Source: Eledone cirrhosa (taxonomy: Eukaryota). From it: a stretch of 64,000 nt of DNA. The stretch is from NCBI GenBank assembly GCA_964016885.1, contig OZ024752.1, forward strand, positions 15,314,001 to 15,378,000, read 5' to 3'. The notes beneath the pieces were generated by a model. It made no database searches. It worked only from the letters and a program-made list of their open reading frames with translations, and was not told the origin of the DNA. Shown here piece after piece: positions 24,992 through 38,135 of this stretch; position 1 is the stretch's first letter; each line of letters begins with the position of its first letter. Position numbers and translations under genes: made by a program.

Positions 24992-25346
24992 GTATTTTGC
25001 AAAGCACAAATTCCAAACCAAAACAATCAAAGATCTAGTGAATATTAAATTAATCAGCAACAGCACTCATGAAGAAAATTAAACAGGAAACAACACCTCT
25101 AAGCATGTGAGATAGCAGGTCGGTGTTATGCAGCAGTGTGCGTTCGTAAATACTTGCAAACTGGCTCTGTGACAAAATTCGAAAAGGGTGTCTTTAAGAT
25201 AAATGCAGAAATGAACTAGAAATCAAAAGCTCTAATATGTTGTATTACCCTTGGTTTTTATTTGTCTGTCTCCAACCTAAATACATCGAGATTAATCCTG
25301 GTTTATTCTGCATGGATCTGACAACCTAAAGACTTGTATCATTATA

Positions 25347-25528
25347 CGGTGAATTGGCAGTATCGGTAGAGGGTCGGACATGCATTCCAGCATAGTTACG
25401 TCCCTTTACAATGTGAGTTCAAATCCCGCCGAGGTTAACTTTGCCTTTCATCCCTACGAGATCGATAAAATAAAGTACCAGTAATGTACTGGTGGTTGCT
25501 GGCCTTGTGCCAAAAGTAGAAACAATTA
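25347..25528 (+). mobile_element. tRNA-derived SINE
   Basis: A-box-like tggcagtatcgg, B-box gagttcaaatc, core and gtagaaacaatt tail. Confidence 0.85.
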
Positions 25529-26399
25529 TAATCCTTAGGGAATGACCTCACGAATTGGCACTGACCAACATGGCATAAGGTTAACACAATCTCTCTTCTC
25601 TCTGCCGGGCTGTGGGGCGACCAGCACGTGGGACACCATTTGTTTATAATATAGAGAGGTGAGGGAGGGGGAGAGACATGGAGGTGTGAGAGTGGTAGTT
25701 TGTCTCTTCCGTGTTCGGAGACATTGGTTCGCACTTGCAATTTGGTTTGTTAATTAAGTTTCTATAGTTTGTTAAAAGTTGATTACATCAGACTAACTGT
25801 AACAGACAAATTGTAACTGAGTGGATTTCACCAATGACTTCAAAGAGTCATGTATTAATGTAGGTGATACAGTAAGTCTAGTACCCAAGTAGTTTGCAAC
25901 GTAAGTAACTCTTTTCTTGTCTGTTTATATTAACTACAGCATTCGTGATACTCCATTGAACATATCCAACTATTTTCCTTCTTTATGTCCCTCCACAACT
26001 CTTCCATTTTGTCTCTATTTACCTTCCATGTTATTCGATATAGTTTAACCTGAGGCCATGAGTACGTTGCCTATCGAATTTAATGTACTTTTAATTGCCT
26101 AATAAATACATTCCCTTACGTTCAGCGACATTGTGCCATATTTATATACTTAGATGTTTACTCAATTATATGTTTATTACATATTGCCGTATTATTATTA
26201 TTTTTTTTTTTTTGCCTTCTTGACATTTCGCTTTCAATTTATCTATCTTTAATTTTATCCTTGTCTTCATTTGTTTTGTGCTTTTTTCCGGTATCAACAA
26301 ACAGGGTATGTAAAACGATGCATTTTTTGTGGGGGTAGTGCGTTTAGCTCGCGCCGTTTATACGCATCTGAAAATCGCAATCACGGAGTCAAACCGCAG

Positions 26400-26582
26400 T
26401 GAAACAGCATCGGCAGAGTGTCAGACACCATACTCTGCAGCATAGTTATAGCCCTTTACGTTCTGAGCTCAAATTCCACCGAGGTTAACTTTGCCTTTCA
26501 TCCTTTTGGGGTCGATAAAATAAAGTACCAGTAATGTACTGGACGTAATTACTGGATTTGTGCCAAAAGAAGAAACAATTAT
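26400..26582 (+). mobile_element. tRNA-derived SINE (diverged)
   Basis: Core gaggttaactttgcctttcatcc..ggggtcgataaaataaagtaccag. Confidence 0.8.
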
Positions 26583-26801
26583 TATATAATAATTGATATA
26601 TGTTTAACCTTTGTTTAATTACTATTTTACTCTCCACTGTTGTGATAGGTATACTCTGTAACAGATGTTATTACAAGCTGATTCTCTTATATGATCCTAC
26701 AGCTGATACAACCACACATTCAATTCACGGAATCATATCGTATGGTGAATAAAGTTACCGCCACCATTTATTGCCATATAGCCGATATGTATGTATGTGT
26801 T

Positions 26802-26855
<54 letters not shown>

Positions 26856-27349
26856 CACCCACCCACACAAAACATAGAACCATCTCGATAAGGTTCAGAA
26901 TTTACTAAAGGGAAGATCACTATAAATCACTCGAAAAGACATTTAAGATGTAATGTATATTATTGATTATATCTTAAACGTGTTATGGCTGCTCCTTAAT
27001 TATCGAGTTGATAGACATTTTAAAATTGACTGTTATTTCTAGTAAAGATTTATACAGGTCACTGATAATCTTTTTTGTACAAAGTTTGCCTTATTGTTAA
27101 TTCTACTTGTGCACAGTGCTGGGTTGTTTCGAGCAAACAAGACCAGCAACAGGTGAATATATCTTTTATTTCTTAGTTTTAGTAGAATATCTCAGAATAC
27201 AGAGACTTGCTATAAATGGCTTAGAACGTCGAGTAAAGACATCTCACAGACGAAAAAATCAATGGCCAGTGGTAGCAATGATGGACGAAACTCCATATAT
27301 TTCAATTATCGACAGACAGCTGAAAGCATTTAGCTAAACGGCCCTAGTA

Positions 27350-27554
27350 TCGGCACAAGGCCAGTGATTTAGAGGAAGGAGAAAGTCGATTGAATCGACC
27401 CCAGTACGTTACTGGTGCTTTATCATATCGACCCCATAAGAATGAAAGGAAAAGTTAAAATCGGGGGGATTTGAACTCAGACGAAAAAGGACCGTAACTC
27501 TATGCTGCAAAGCATGGTGGCCGACCCTCTACCGATACTGCAAATCCACCGCCC
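27350..27554 (-). mobile_element. tRNA-derived SINE
   Basis: Family match including the 5' end (ccaccgccc on the + strand). Confidence 0.8.
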
Positions 27555-27555
27555 T

Positions 27556-27592
<37 letters not shown>

Positions 27593-27595
<3 letters not shown>

Positions 27596-28860
27596 TTTCT
27601 GAATTTCTTTAGCAAGATTCTTTATCTGAAAACGTGTGTTGAAACCGATATTGTTATACTTTGGGAGGGTCATGTTGCCAATAAGAAACACACGCACCAG
27701 ATGCTGTCACTCAAATTTATTATAAATTAAATTATAAATTTAAAAATTTATAAATTTCCGGTTGGTTGGTTCCACAACCGGACGGTTGTTCATATATTGT
27801 CAAAGTTATATATCGTCACACAAGCTGTGACCTCTTCAGTGACTGGGGATTCTTTTCTTTGTTTTGTGCCTCTCCTTTGTTCTGTCCTACGCCATCTTGT
27901 GTTTGTGTGTGTTGTGTGCTTAGTTTGCGCATGTGTTACATCCGGGTGTCTGTGTGTGTTTTTATTTGTTTATTTATTTGTTTATTTACATGTTACTGGT
28001 TGGTTGTTTGTTCTATGTGTGTGTGTTTTCATTTTGTCCTTAATTGTAAGTTGTGATGTTGCTATTACATTCATGTTTTCTATTTAATTTTGGTTGGAGT
28101 TCATTTATGTTTATTGCCTCTGTGATTTGTCTAAACATTGCGTCTTTTCTGTGTGTAGATTTTATTTTTATTTCTATGTTCTCTAATTTGCCCTTATGTT
28201 CTATTTGAGCATGTTGGTAGAGTACAGATGATTATTTTCTATCTTGAAGCTCTTGCCAGTGTTCATTTAATCGTTCTGCTATACTACGAGCTGTCTCACC
28301 TATGTACACTATATTCTTATCTTTACAGTGTCCTTCAGTATATCTTATGCTATATAATGTGTTTCTAGTTTTACAGTTAATATGGGGGCTTAGTTTACAG
28401 ATTATGCATGTCTTATCTATAGAGGGAGGTATTTGAAAAGGGTATGTATTACTAATAAGTTTTTTTTATGGAGGTACCTGGTCTTTCTACTATCTTAATA
28501 TTTATTTTAAGTTTATCTAGGGCCCTTCTAAATGTGTAAGCTAGTTCACCTCTCGGGGTTCTATTGATGAACATTACACTCTGGTATTTATTGCTCTCAT
28601 ACCATGAGTTTATTCTAAAATCTTATTCATAGTTCTTTCTATTCTATTTCATATTTGCTCCTATACAAGGGGCAGGTCCCATTTGTATCATTATTTACCA
28701 TTATTTCCCATTTGGTTCTGGCTCCTCTATATACTCAAATTTTGTATCTTTTATATCTCCACAGTTAATTCATTTGGTCCTCAATGTTTATCATTGAGTG
28801 ACCAACGGTTAAAAATACAGATATAAATATAAATATATAGTCTAACAAAGTTATAAAGAA
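27593..28860 (-). mobile_element. Second, diverged PLE related to 4735-7140 (linker, GIY-YIG, 3' region)
   Basis: Minus strand reads GTCPLYRSK..CKTRNTLYSIR..YIGETARSIAERLNEHW..FRQITEA..LNRKHE; 3' end shares tattgttatactt.gggagggtcat with 4790-4815. Confidence 0.85.
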
Positions 28861-29171
28861 AGATATAAATATATATATATAATGTGTGTGATGTATGTAT
28901 TCGGTAGTAAGATACTATGTTCTCCACACAATAAATCTCACCGGAGAAATTAGATGCGACCTGAGCCACACAATATACAAATTTTAGATATTTGTTTAAA
29001 CGGCAGTTAGCTGGTTCTTGTGCGAAATTTGGATATTGATGAGAGGGATTTTTTCCAGAGTCAATAAACTGAAATCCACATGATTGTTTCTATTCAAGAT
29101 ATCGATCACTCATAATTTTATTAAAACTCTCCACTATTTTTTCTTCAAAATTATCTAATATTTTCTTATTT

Positions 29172-29205
29172 TTGTCTTCTTCTTCTTCTTCTTCTTCTTC
29201 TTCTT

Positions 29206-29236
<31 letters not shown>

Positions 29237-29700
29237 TTCTTCTTATTCTTTGCCTTCTTCTTCTTTGCCTTCTTCTTCTTCTTTGCCTTCTTCTTTTTTG
29301 CCTTCTTCTTTGCCTTCTTCTTATTTGCCTTCTTCTTCTTCTTCTTCTTCTTCTTCTTCTTCTTCTTCTTCTTCTTCTTCTTTGCCTTCTTCTTTGCCTT
29401 CTTTGCCTTCTTCTTCTTTGCCTTCTTTTTCTTCTTCTTCTTTGCCTTCTTTGCCTTCTTCTTCTTTGTCTTCTTTTTCTTCTTCTTCTTTGCCTTTTTC
29501 TTTTTCTTTGCCTTTTTCTTCTTTTTCTTTGCCTTCTTTTTCCTCTTTGCCTTCTTCTTTGCCTTCTTCTTCGCCTTCTTCTTCGCCTTCTTCTTCGCCT
29601 TCTTCTTCGCCTTCTTCTTCTTCTTCTTCTTCTTTGTCTTCTTTATCCTCTTCTTCTTGTACTTCTTCTTGTTCTGTTACTTTTTCTCCTTCTTCTACCT
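29172..29700. repeat. (TCT)n low-complexity tract with tttgcc/tcgcc variants
   Basis: Direct reading; the poly-Ser and poly-Glu ORFs are by-products. Confidence 0.95.
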
Positions 29701-30126
29701 CCTCAAGCACACGTCATACACATTTAGTGTTAGGGATATGTTCGACTCTATCGACACCATTATGTGCCTGGTACTTTGTATTTACTCGAACTCCGAAAGG
29801 CGAAAATCAAAGCTGAAAGCACTAGACAAGCGTATGATCGAATGACAGCCATGTGCCCTCGTCAAATACCGTGTCCCAACACTAACAATGTAATTTTTCA
29901 TTTCATGCCGGAATTGACTCCGGATTCAACATTCAAATATAGGATGTATATGACATATTCGTACACAATACAAACCTGGTCAACCTATCTGGAGTGAACC
30001 AACGTTATGATCGAATTTTTGGACAGCCAGTTATAGACTAATTGCATTGCATACATCAACTACACAGTTCATTGCAGTTCTGTAAGTCTTGAGTGCATGC
30101 ATTGCATTGTTTAGTTTTCATATGAC

Positions 30127-30166
<40 letters not shown>

Positions 30167-30334
30167 CCCGTAAGTCCTGATAATTGTAGGGCCGCAGTAT
30201 TGAAATACGGTGTTTCTCGGGCATTTTAAGCCTGGCGGAGCCCCCTCCCTCACCTGGCCTGAGTACAGCAGATTTTTTTCCAGAGAAATATAGAAAGTGA
30301 GAGAGAAGAAACGGGAGAGAGATATAGATGAAGA

Positions 30335-30482
30335 ATCGATCACAGTACTAGACTGGTACTTTTTTATCTACCTCGAAAAGATGAAAGGCAAAGTTGAGCT
30401 CTGTGGGATTTTGAACTCAGAGACCCGGAACAAATACCATAAAGCATTCTATCCAACGTTCAAACGACTCTGCCAATTCGCA
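30335..30482 (-). mobile_element. tRNA-derived SINE, older subfamily
   Basis: ctggtactt...gatgaaaggcaaagt...tttgaactcag. Confidence 0.7.
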
Positions 30483-30956
30483 ACTTTCTTTCTGAATGTA
30501 TTTCACTAAATATATGCAGTGCGTTAAATTTCTATCTGTAGATCGTTGTACGTGTGTACGTTATGAGGTTGTTTGTTTTCTATTTATCTGCATGTTATTT
30601 ATCATTACCAAGATACATATTATATAATAGGGGTTACCACTGTTTTCAGTATCCATATTCTGTTAATCTCTCTTTCCAGATCATTATACTTGGATTATTT
30701 CTGACTTTCTTTCAACATTTCTCCAATATCTTTCATAATTATTGTTTCTGTTACCGATATCCCCAGGGATCTGGTTATCTATCTTTCCGTATACGTATGT
30801 ATGAGTAAATATGGATATATATATATATAAGGTTATAGTGTAATACATCACTATTTTCATTAGTAAGATGACATAAACTCGATTTACTTTACAGTCAGCA
30901 GCTCTTCCAGAGCGAAAAGTAGACTGATTGAATAAAGCTCAGTTCTGGTAGCAGAG

Positions 30957-31000
<44 letters not shown>

Positions 31001-31003
<3 letters not shown>

Positions 31004-31130
31004 ATGATATTAATAAATAGAAATTATATTTATAAAACCATATTCTATTATATATATTTCAAGGGTACCAACACTTTGGTACGCTCTCATCAGATACAAT
31101 ACGAAATTTGTTTTATAAATAGTGACATGC
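31001..31130 (-). mobile_element. Family A pLTR fragment with hammerhead (31041-31101)
   Basis: Minus: tattgtat-CTGATGA-gagcgtaccaa..ttggtaccctt-GAAA-tatata... Confidence 0.75.
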
Positions 31131-31179
31131 CCAGGAGTCACCGGCCATCCCAAAGTGTGTAAATATGTATATAGACATG

Positions 31180-31512
31180 TACCGCCCGGTTAAACCACTG
31201 GGAGTGAAGGACCCCTAGCCTCTGTCAGGGCATTCTTCTAGGAGAAGGCAACTCAGGAAACTGGGATAACTCCGATATAAAACCCGTGGCTCAGTAGTTA
31301 CCGATAATGTTGATCTTTTCTTCTTTTCAGGTCATAACTACTGTCGCTCAGAGAGTGGGATTGGCTCAGTGCACATTCTTTCCTCACTTTAAAAAACATC
31401 TTCACACACAGGCTTTGCACGATCGAATTAATTAATAATTATTAATAATGGTATATCGCGTAATGGCCATATTCGATAACGAGGAGGCAACCACCATGTA
31501 TGTATGTATGTA
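31180..31512 (+). mobile_element. Related subfamily of the bipartite RTE-derived element
   Basis: ctaggagaagg, gagagtgggattggctcagtgc, 3' end ttcgataacgaggaggcaaccacca + (TATG)n. Confidence 0.6.
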
Positions 31513-31525
31513 TATATTATATAGT

Positions 31526-31726
31526 ATCCCAGTACAACCTGTCTCATGGTCGGGTCGTTGGCGACTAAACTGGCAACCCCACCAAGGTTTTCTTGGTGAG
31601 GAGGGTGACTTTAGATATCCTGCAGGACTAAAAACAAAACCTGTCAAAGGGCAAATGAGCTCTTAAAAGTCAATGGCCATCCAAAATCACCGGGAGAGAT
31701 GACCCCTTAGCCTTTGTCAAGGCAGC
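31526..31726 (+). mobile_element. 5' part of the bipartite RTE-derived element, abutting the RTE LINE
   Basis: Near-identical to 59343-59540. Confidence 0.85.
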
Positions 31727-34500
31727 ACTCGACAACTGCACGAGTCCACCGAATATCGGTGAACCGGGTGACGTGTCCAGCCCATCTGAACTTAATGCGC
31801 ATAGATTCCGTGATGACTTCGCTCCTGATGTGCTCTCTCAACGAGATTCCTAGCATTGATCTCTCTATGGCTCTTTGAGCCGGTACCAGCCTCTCCTCTT
31901 CTCTCTTCGTTGTAGCCCAAGTTTCACTGCCATATAACATTGCAGGTAAAACTGTGCTATTAAAGAGCTTGGCGCGGGTGATCTTGTCCAACCTCTCCTT
32001 GAGCACATCCCTTTTGCCGTTGAACGCCCTCCATCCGGCCCTTACTCTCCGCGAGATCTCACTCTCAATGTCTCGACGCATGTTCACTTCTTGTGTATTC
32101 CTACACCTCCTCGATTTCATCACCGCCAACCACCATTCGACTTGTTGGTACGTTGTCGGACCGCATGAACTTCGTTTTCATGCGGTTCATCTCGAGGCCT
32201 ACTGCAGAGCTTTTGATGTCGAGCTCCGTCAGCATGGTCTGAAGCTGATCCGTGGTTTCAGCGATGAATACGATGTCATCAGCGAAACGGAGGTGGGTAA
32301 GTATCTCGCCGTTGATGCTGGCACCGCCTTGCCAGTCAATACCTCTGATGATCTGCTCGAGACAAGCAGTGAAAAGTTTTGGAGAGATCGTATCTCCTTG
32401 CTTCACTCCCTTCTCCACCGGCACTCGTACGGGTGGTGACAGCAGAGCTTTGTCGGTGGTGCATCTAGAATTCGCCTCCTTGAGCCGTTGAACATGTTGC
32501 GCCTCGACTCCTTGCCTCTGCAGCGAGTTCAGCACTGCGTTGATTTCGACGCTGTCGAAGGTCTTCTCGTAGTCTACGAACGCTGATGACGTGATAACCT
32601 GTTCAGGATTATCTTCGTGAACAGCTTGTACACGTGAGACAGCAAGTATATGGGTCGGTAGTTCTTCAGATTTTCTCTATCGCCCTTCTTGCATAGCAGG
32701 ATGGTATTCGACTCTTTGCACTGTGAGGGTATTCTTCCCTCGTCCAGATAGTGTGGGAATCGCTCGGCGAGGATTTTCCAGAACTTCTCTCCGCCTGACT
32801 TCAACACCTCTGATGTTATGCCGTCTTTCCCTGGCGCCTTTCCCCTTTTCATCAAGACGACGGCTCTTTCAACCTCACTGACAAGGATGGGTGGCACATT
32901 TTCTTCCTGTTGGAGTGACGGCAACGGCTGCACATTCCCGGCAGACTTGAAGAGCTTGGTGTAGAAATCTTCGCAAACCTTTTGAACCTCACTCTTGTCG
33001 CTGATCGGTACTCCAGCTGTGTTCTTCATGGTCGTCACCTCCGTTCTGTACATTGCCATATCCCTCTCGCATTTCTTGAGGTTCTTCTTTTCCTCTGCGG
33101 CCTTCAAGAGCTTCTCCATCCGGTATGCCTCGAAGCATCTGTTCAGTTGTTGATGAATCACTCTGCTGAGAATGGAATATTCGAGGTGATCTTCAGGTGT
33201 CCTCTTCATATTCATCCTCTTCTCAAGCAAATTCATAATTTCCTCCGAGACTCTTCCCTTCCGCTCCCCCGGGCACACACCCTTAGCCTTCCTCATGCAC
33301 TCCTTCAGTTTCCTTATCAGTGAGTCGTAGTCAGCGCCTATGCCGTCTCCTTGACGCCAGTTTTCCTGCATGATGGATTCCTGCAGCTGCGCCTCGTTGA
33401 AGACCCGGACGCGTTCTCCCTTCGACGTCAAATGCAGCGTTTTTTTCTCCCTCATCCGGTTGATGACGACGTTCGCCCTAAAAGCCGATGATCACTGTCA
33501 GGGTTGAATGGCGTTATGACGGAGACGTCCTGCAGTATGCGTCGCTTGTCGACCAGGATCTAGTCGATCTCGTTTCGGTGCTCAGAATTTGGCGATACCC
33601 AGGTCTATCTGTTCTCCTCCTTCTTCCTGAATAAGCTGTTTCCGATGCAGAGCCGTCTCGCCTCCGCCATGGTGACCAGACGCTCTCTTCTCTCATTTCG
33701 CCCTCCGAGTCCGAATCTTCCGACATACTCTTCCCCTTGCCGTCCCTGTCCTACCTTTGCGTTGAAGTCTCCCATCACGACGGTGTAAGTGGACTTTACA
33801 GCTAGCTATTTGTGTAGCTGGCGATAGAATTCTTCCACTTAATCGTCGTCGCTGGCACTTGTGGGAGCGTATGTCTGGACCATCTTGAGGGGGGCCTTCC
33901 CTGAGAGGTTCACGTTCAGCAGTACACCAATCCGTGACGATATGAACTGGCAAGAAGCGAACTTCGAAGCCCATTCCTTGCTTACGATGAACCCTATACC
34001 TCCGACCGATCTGGCACCCTCTGCTTTCCCGAGTCTCACGGCGCATCCATCTTGCCATCGCGAACTCGCCTCCTTCTTCTGGCGGGTCTCCCACAGCCCT
34101 AACACGTCACACCTGATCTTCTTCTTCTCCTCCATTAGGTGGTTCAGTCCTTGCCCCCCCCCTGCTAAAGACCTGCAGTTGTAGGTGCTACGGCAAGGTT
34201 AGTCCTGTTCCATGGCGGCCTTCGGGAACCTGTGATTCTTAGCAGCCTTTCGTCGCTCGGTTTGCACTCCGCCGTCGTAGAGTGGCCAGAATGACGCGCA
34301 TGGTACTGAGGCGCTTTTCTTCGTGCTGTTTTAGCCATAAAATGACGCCATCCCACTGCCTGGGCGGGCAGGCCGATACCTCTTCAGTTCTGCTAGCTTG
34401 TGAACTCTAGAAGATGATGAATCATCTACCAATAGTCAGATACCTGTGTAACATTGTAAAACCTGCCAGAACATTGAGTCCCGCTACTATAGCTATCAGA
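31727..34500 (-). mobile_element. Near full-length RTE-1-like LINE (APE + RT), pseudogenised
   Basis: CDVLGLWETR, VGGIGF, QTYAPTS, GDFNAK (APE); KAPGKDG, KNYRPI.LLSHVYKLFTKI, DYEK.FDSVE, GVKQGDTISPKLF, HLRFADDIV, KFRWAGHV; GC-rich relative to flanks. Confidence 0.93.
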
Positions 34501-34564
34501 CAGCCAGGTTAACCGCTGCGCCACCTTTGAGGCACTGAAGTAGGATTTTGCAGAGGACATATAT

Positions 34565-34850
34565 GTATGTATATGTATATCTTCTCTTCTTCACTCACAT
34601 GCTTCTGACAGGCTCCTGGGGGCATATTCCTCAAACACTCCTCCCAGCCGATCATATAAGAAAGAACCATCTCCAACTGATCCGCCAGGATCCCAAAGCG
34701 TAAATAGCCGATCTCATATATGTTATCCAACCATCTTGCTCGGGATATACCCCTGGGCCTCCTGCCGATTTGTTTTGCCCGTAATAGCTGCCCAGCGATT
34801 CCTTCCTGAGACAGTCTAATCATATGCCTATAGTATTGAAACTGTGATAT
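34565..34850 (-). mobile_element. RTE (Expander/Rex3-like) 3' fragment
   Basis: YYRHMIRLSQE..GRRPRG..ARWLDNI. Confidence 0.75.
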
Positions 34851-34854
34851 CGGA

Positions 34855-34977
34855 ACTGCCTTTCATCCTTACGGGGTCGATAAAATAAAATACCAGTAAT
34901 GCACTGGGGTCGATTTAATCGACTTTCCCCTCCCCTTAAAAAAATTGCTGGCATTGTGCCAAACGTAGAAACAATTA
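34855..34977 (+). mobile_element. SINE 3' half
   Basis: Core and tail match. Confidence 0.8.
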
Positions 34978-35777
34978 GTATGTTTCTATAAATCAATTAC
35001 TGGAAATTTGCTAGGTATTGTTGAAGCAATAGAGAAAATAATCAGTCATATTTTTTTAATAAATCAGTGGAATAAAAGAATGTTTATAACAAATATACAA
35101 TGAGAATGTTGACGAATACATTCTTGATTGTTTCCAGCAAGACTTATATAAACTCTCCCATAGAAAAATGTAAAATGTCATTATTTATATATACGTGACA
35201 ACTCCCTACTTATTAACAGTATTGTTCTATTGTAATGTAATTGTAAAAATCAACGTCAACGATATTTACACGGCAACCTCAACATAAACACAAATACATT
35301 GAGAAGCATCGGGATATATGATGTATTGGAACTCCGTCGATTGCAGCGATGAGTGGTGTTTCATTTGTTTGAGTAATTGAACTGCATGTTCATGAAATTT
35401 ACATTCAAATGATTAAGCATTACATGAATACGTGTACCGTAAATGCAATTCTTAGGGAGATTCAGCTTGACAGTGTGTAAAACGGTTAACCGAATTAACA
35501 CGTACGTCAGATTTTTATTAGCTGAGTGGAATGCAGTACGAGTAAATACCGTCCCCAAGGAATCAATGCCATGCTGGCAATTTAATCCCCTATCTTACAA
35601 TTCCGCGCCGAAGATTTTAACCAGAAATCCACGTGTCTTCACTGAAAAGCATAACATAACTAACGCCATAACCTTTTACGTAAAATAATTATTGATATGT
35701 TTGTTGATTAATACATGATTAGGGGATTAAGATATTCTCTTTGCCATTACATGATTGCTAGATTCATATCTCTAACA

Positions 35778-36344
35778 CAGCGGTTACCAACCTTTCGGAC
35801 CTCACGAACCTCCCGGACCTCTAAATTCATAATTCTAAATTCAGCGGATCACAAATATAAATTAGTGGTCAATGATCGAAATAATACTGAAGTGTACATG
35901 TTTCATATTGTCGATAGAATTTACCTATGTGTAAAATTATTTCATGGATGTTAGTTTGTTTACTGAGGAGAAACATTTTTTTAGTGGTGGTTATAAAATA
36001 TATTTGAAACGAATATTATTTGTATATTAATTGTTTCTACCTTTTTGGCACAAGGCCAGCAATTACCCAGCGTATTACTGGTACTTTATTTTATCGACCC
36101 CGTAAGGATGAAAGGCAAAGTTAACCTCGACGGGATTTGAACTCAGAATGGCAAGGGCCGTAACTCAATGCGTCAAAGCATGGCGTCCGACCCTCTACCG
36201 ATACTGCCAATCCACCGTTAAAATGTTTCTTTTATTAATATCATTTGTATATTAATATTAATAAAAGATAACATTTTAAATAATGTCCACATTTTTCTGC
36301 GGTACACCAACATTTACTCTCGGACCACCGATTGGCGACCGCTG
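35778..36344. mobile_element. hAT/Charlie-like MITE with nested SINE
   Basis: TIRs cagcggttaccaacc / gattggcgaccgctg; flanks ctctaaca and gtctagga resemble the Charlie NTCTAGAN target. Confidence 0.65.
36028..36218 (-). mobile_element. tRNA-derived SINE
   Basis: Full family match. Confidence 0.88.
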
Positions 36345-36589
36345 GTCTAGGAAACATGTTAGAGTGGGTGAATGCAAAAGTGTGAATGAATTTGAGTTGA
36401 GGGAAAATGCGTGGTACCCACTTGTCGCTTTGGCAACAAACTTTAACATTACCCTCCATATTGTAGAGAAGCAGAATATATCCAACTATCTGGACTTCAG
36501 TGAACGATTCGTTATTGTGAATGTTGTAGTCGAGACATCCAGTGCTCCCTAATTTCGGACTGGTACCTTCCTCCACAAAATCAGACAGA

Positions 36590-37040
36590 ATTCATCTCCA
36601 CTAATGAGGAATCGCTACTCGTGGAATATCTGATCCTGCTGGTTCCCCAAGCGAGTCCAGCCAAGCTCATTAATGTTATCCAACCATCTTGCTCGGTCTC
36701 TACCCCTGACTACCCTGTCGGTTTGTTTTGCCCGTAAAATCTATCCAGCGATTCTTTCCTGAGACATTCTATCCATATGCCCATAATATCGGAGCTGTGA
36801 TTTCTCAATTCTGAGAAGTAGCTACTCTACCTGGAGTGACTCTCTGATCTTCTTCAGCATTCAGTAACCAGAAGATGGGAGCTGGCTGTAAAATCAAACC
36901 TCACTATCTTCAATTTAGTATTTGTATCAACCCTTACCAATGGGCATGAATATTGGGTAATTACCGAAAGAATACGATCACAAGTACAAGCGACCGAAAT
37001 GGAGTTCCTCCGAAGGGTCTTTGGAGTTTCACTTTTCCAG
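36590..37040 (-). mobile_element. RTE (Expander/Rex3-like) 3' fragment with inverted 5' segment
   Basis: 36590-36853 (-): IRESLQVE..LRIEKSQLRYYGHMDRMSQER; ~36890-37038 (+): LTIFNLVFVSTLTNGHEYWVITERIRSQVQATEMEFLRRVFGVSL. Confidence 0.8.
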
Positions 37041-37164
37041 TTAATACTATTAATCCATAGCAATGTGATATTACACGTAGCACAGTTTGACATCTATGAA
37101 ATACAAAGCAAATCATATAATGATAAATTTGGATGGATTATAGATGTAAATAAACTCTCTACTT

Positions 37165-37425
37165 ATGAAGTAGAGAGTTTTGTAACATTTGTTTTAACGT
37201 AATTTGAAATCTCAGAATCAAGACAGGCTGCGAAATACAGGCTAGAAAACCTGACAGTTATTATAGACAAAGCGTTGAAAGAATGTATAGTTGTTGACAT
37301 AACCATTTCGGATGATGTGAACGTAACCGACAAGGAGGATGAAAAGATTAAAAAGTAATAGGATTTTGTTAGATAGAAAAGGAGGTTTAGGAATTTATCC
37401 GCAAAAATAACCCGCATTATTATTA
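37165..37425 (+). mobile_element. Degenerate restriction-like endonuclease fragment of an R4/Dong-type LINE
   Basis: TVIIDKALKECIVVDITISDDVNVTDKEDEKIKK matches the PD..IID...D.N...KE.EK..KY pattern. Confidence 0.6.
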
Positions 37426-37759
37426 GTACTCTATCCTTACCGGGTCGATAAAAAGTACCTGTAATGCTCTGGGATAATTTCTGGCCTTGTGCCAAAAGTA
37501 GAAACAATTATTATTGGTACTTTATGGTATGTTACCAGCAGAGGGACATAGCATAGGAGTAACAACAAATGTAGTACTGATCGAAATATCCTTCTTACTG
37601 GGTAAACTAGAAATGTGCGTGAGCACTAACAAGCTCGTTGTAATCCGAACTTAAGGACAAATGTCCCAATTTATTTGTACAAAAAAAAAAACAAAAAAAA
37701 AACGACAACAGCTTCAAAAACATTTAAAAGCAACACCAACAAAATCAATAACAGTAATA

Positions 37760-37945
37760 ATAATTTCTATTTTTGGCACAAGGCTGAAAATTTGAAGGGG
37801 AGGGGAAAATCATTTAAATCGTTTAAATCACTGGTGATTTATTTTATCGAGCCCTTAAGGATGAAAGACAAAGCTAACCTCTTCTGTAACTATATGCTGC
37901 AAAGCATGTAGTCCCACACTCTACTGATTCTGCCAGTCCACCACT
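37760..37945 (-). mobile_element. tRNA-derived SINE (diverged, internal deletion)
   Basis: Family match. Confidence 0.75.
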
Positions 37946-37964
37946 CTTTTAATAATAATAATAA

Positions 37965-38135
37965 TGGTTTCTGATTTAGGCACAAGGCCAGCAATTTGGG
38001 GTGGTGGGGTGTAGAAAGTCGATTAGATCGACCCCAGTGCGTTACTGGTACTTTATTCTATCGCCCCTGTAAGGATAAAAAGCAAAGTTCCCCTCGGCAG
38101 TATTCGAACTCAGAATATAAAGAGCTGTAAATAAA
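37965..38135 (-). mobile_element. tRNA-derived SINE
   Basis: Family match. Confidence 0.75.

Noticed and set aside
25608-26140. Solo LTR
   Set aside because: TG start and AATAAA are present, but there is no TSD or second copy.
29172-29816. Poly-Ser / Glu-Lys-rich ORFs
   Set aside because: Products of a (TCT)n repeat; no splice or domain evidence.
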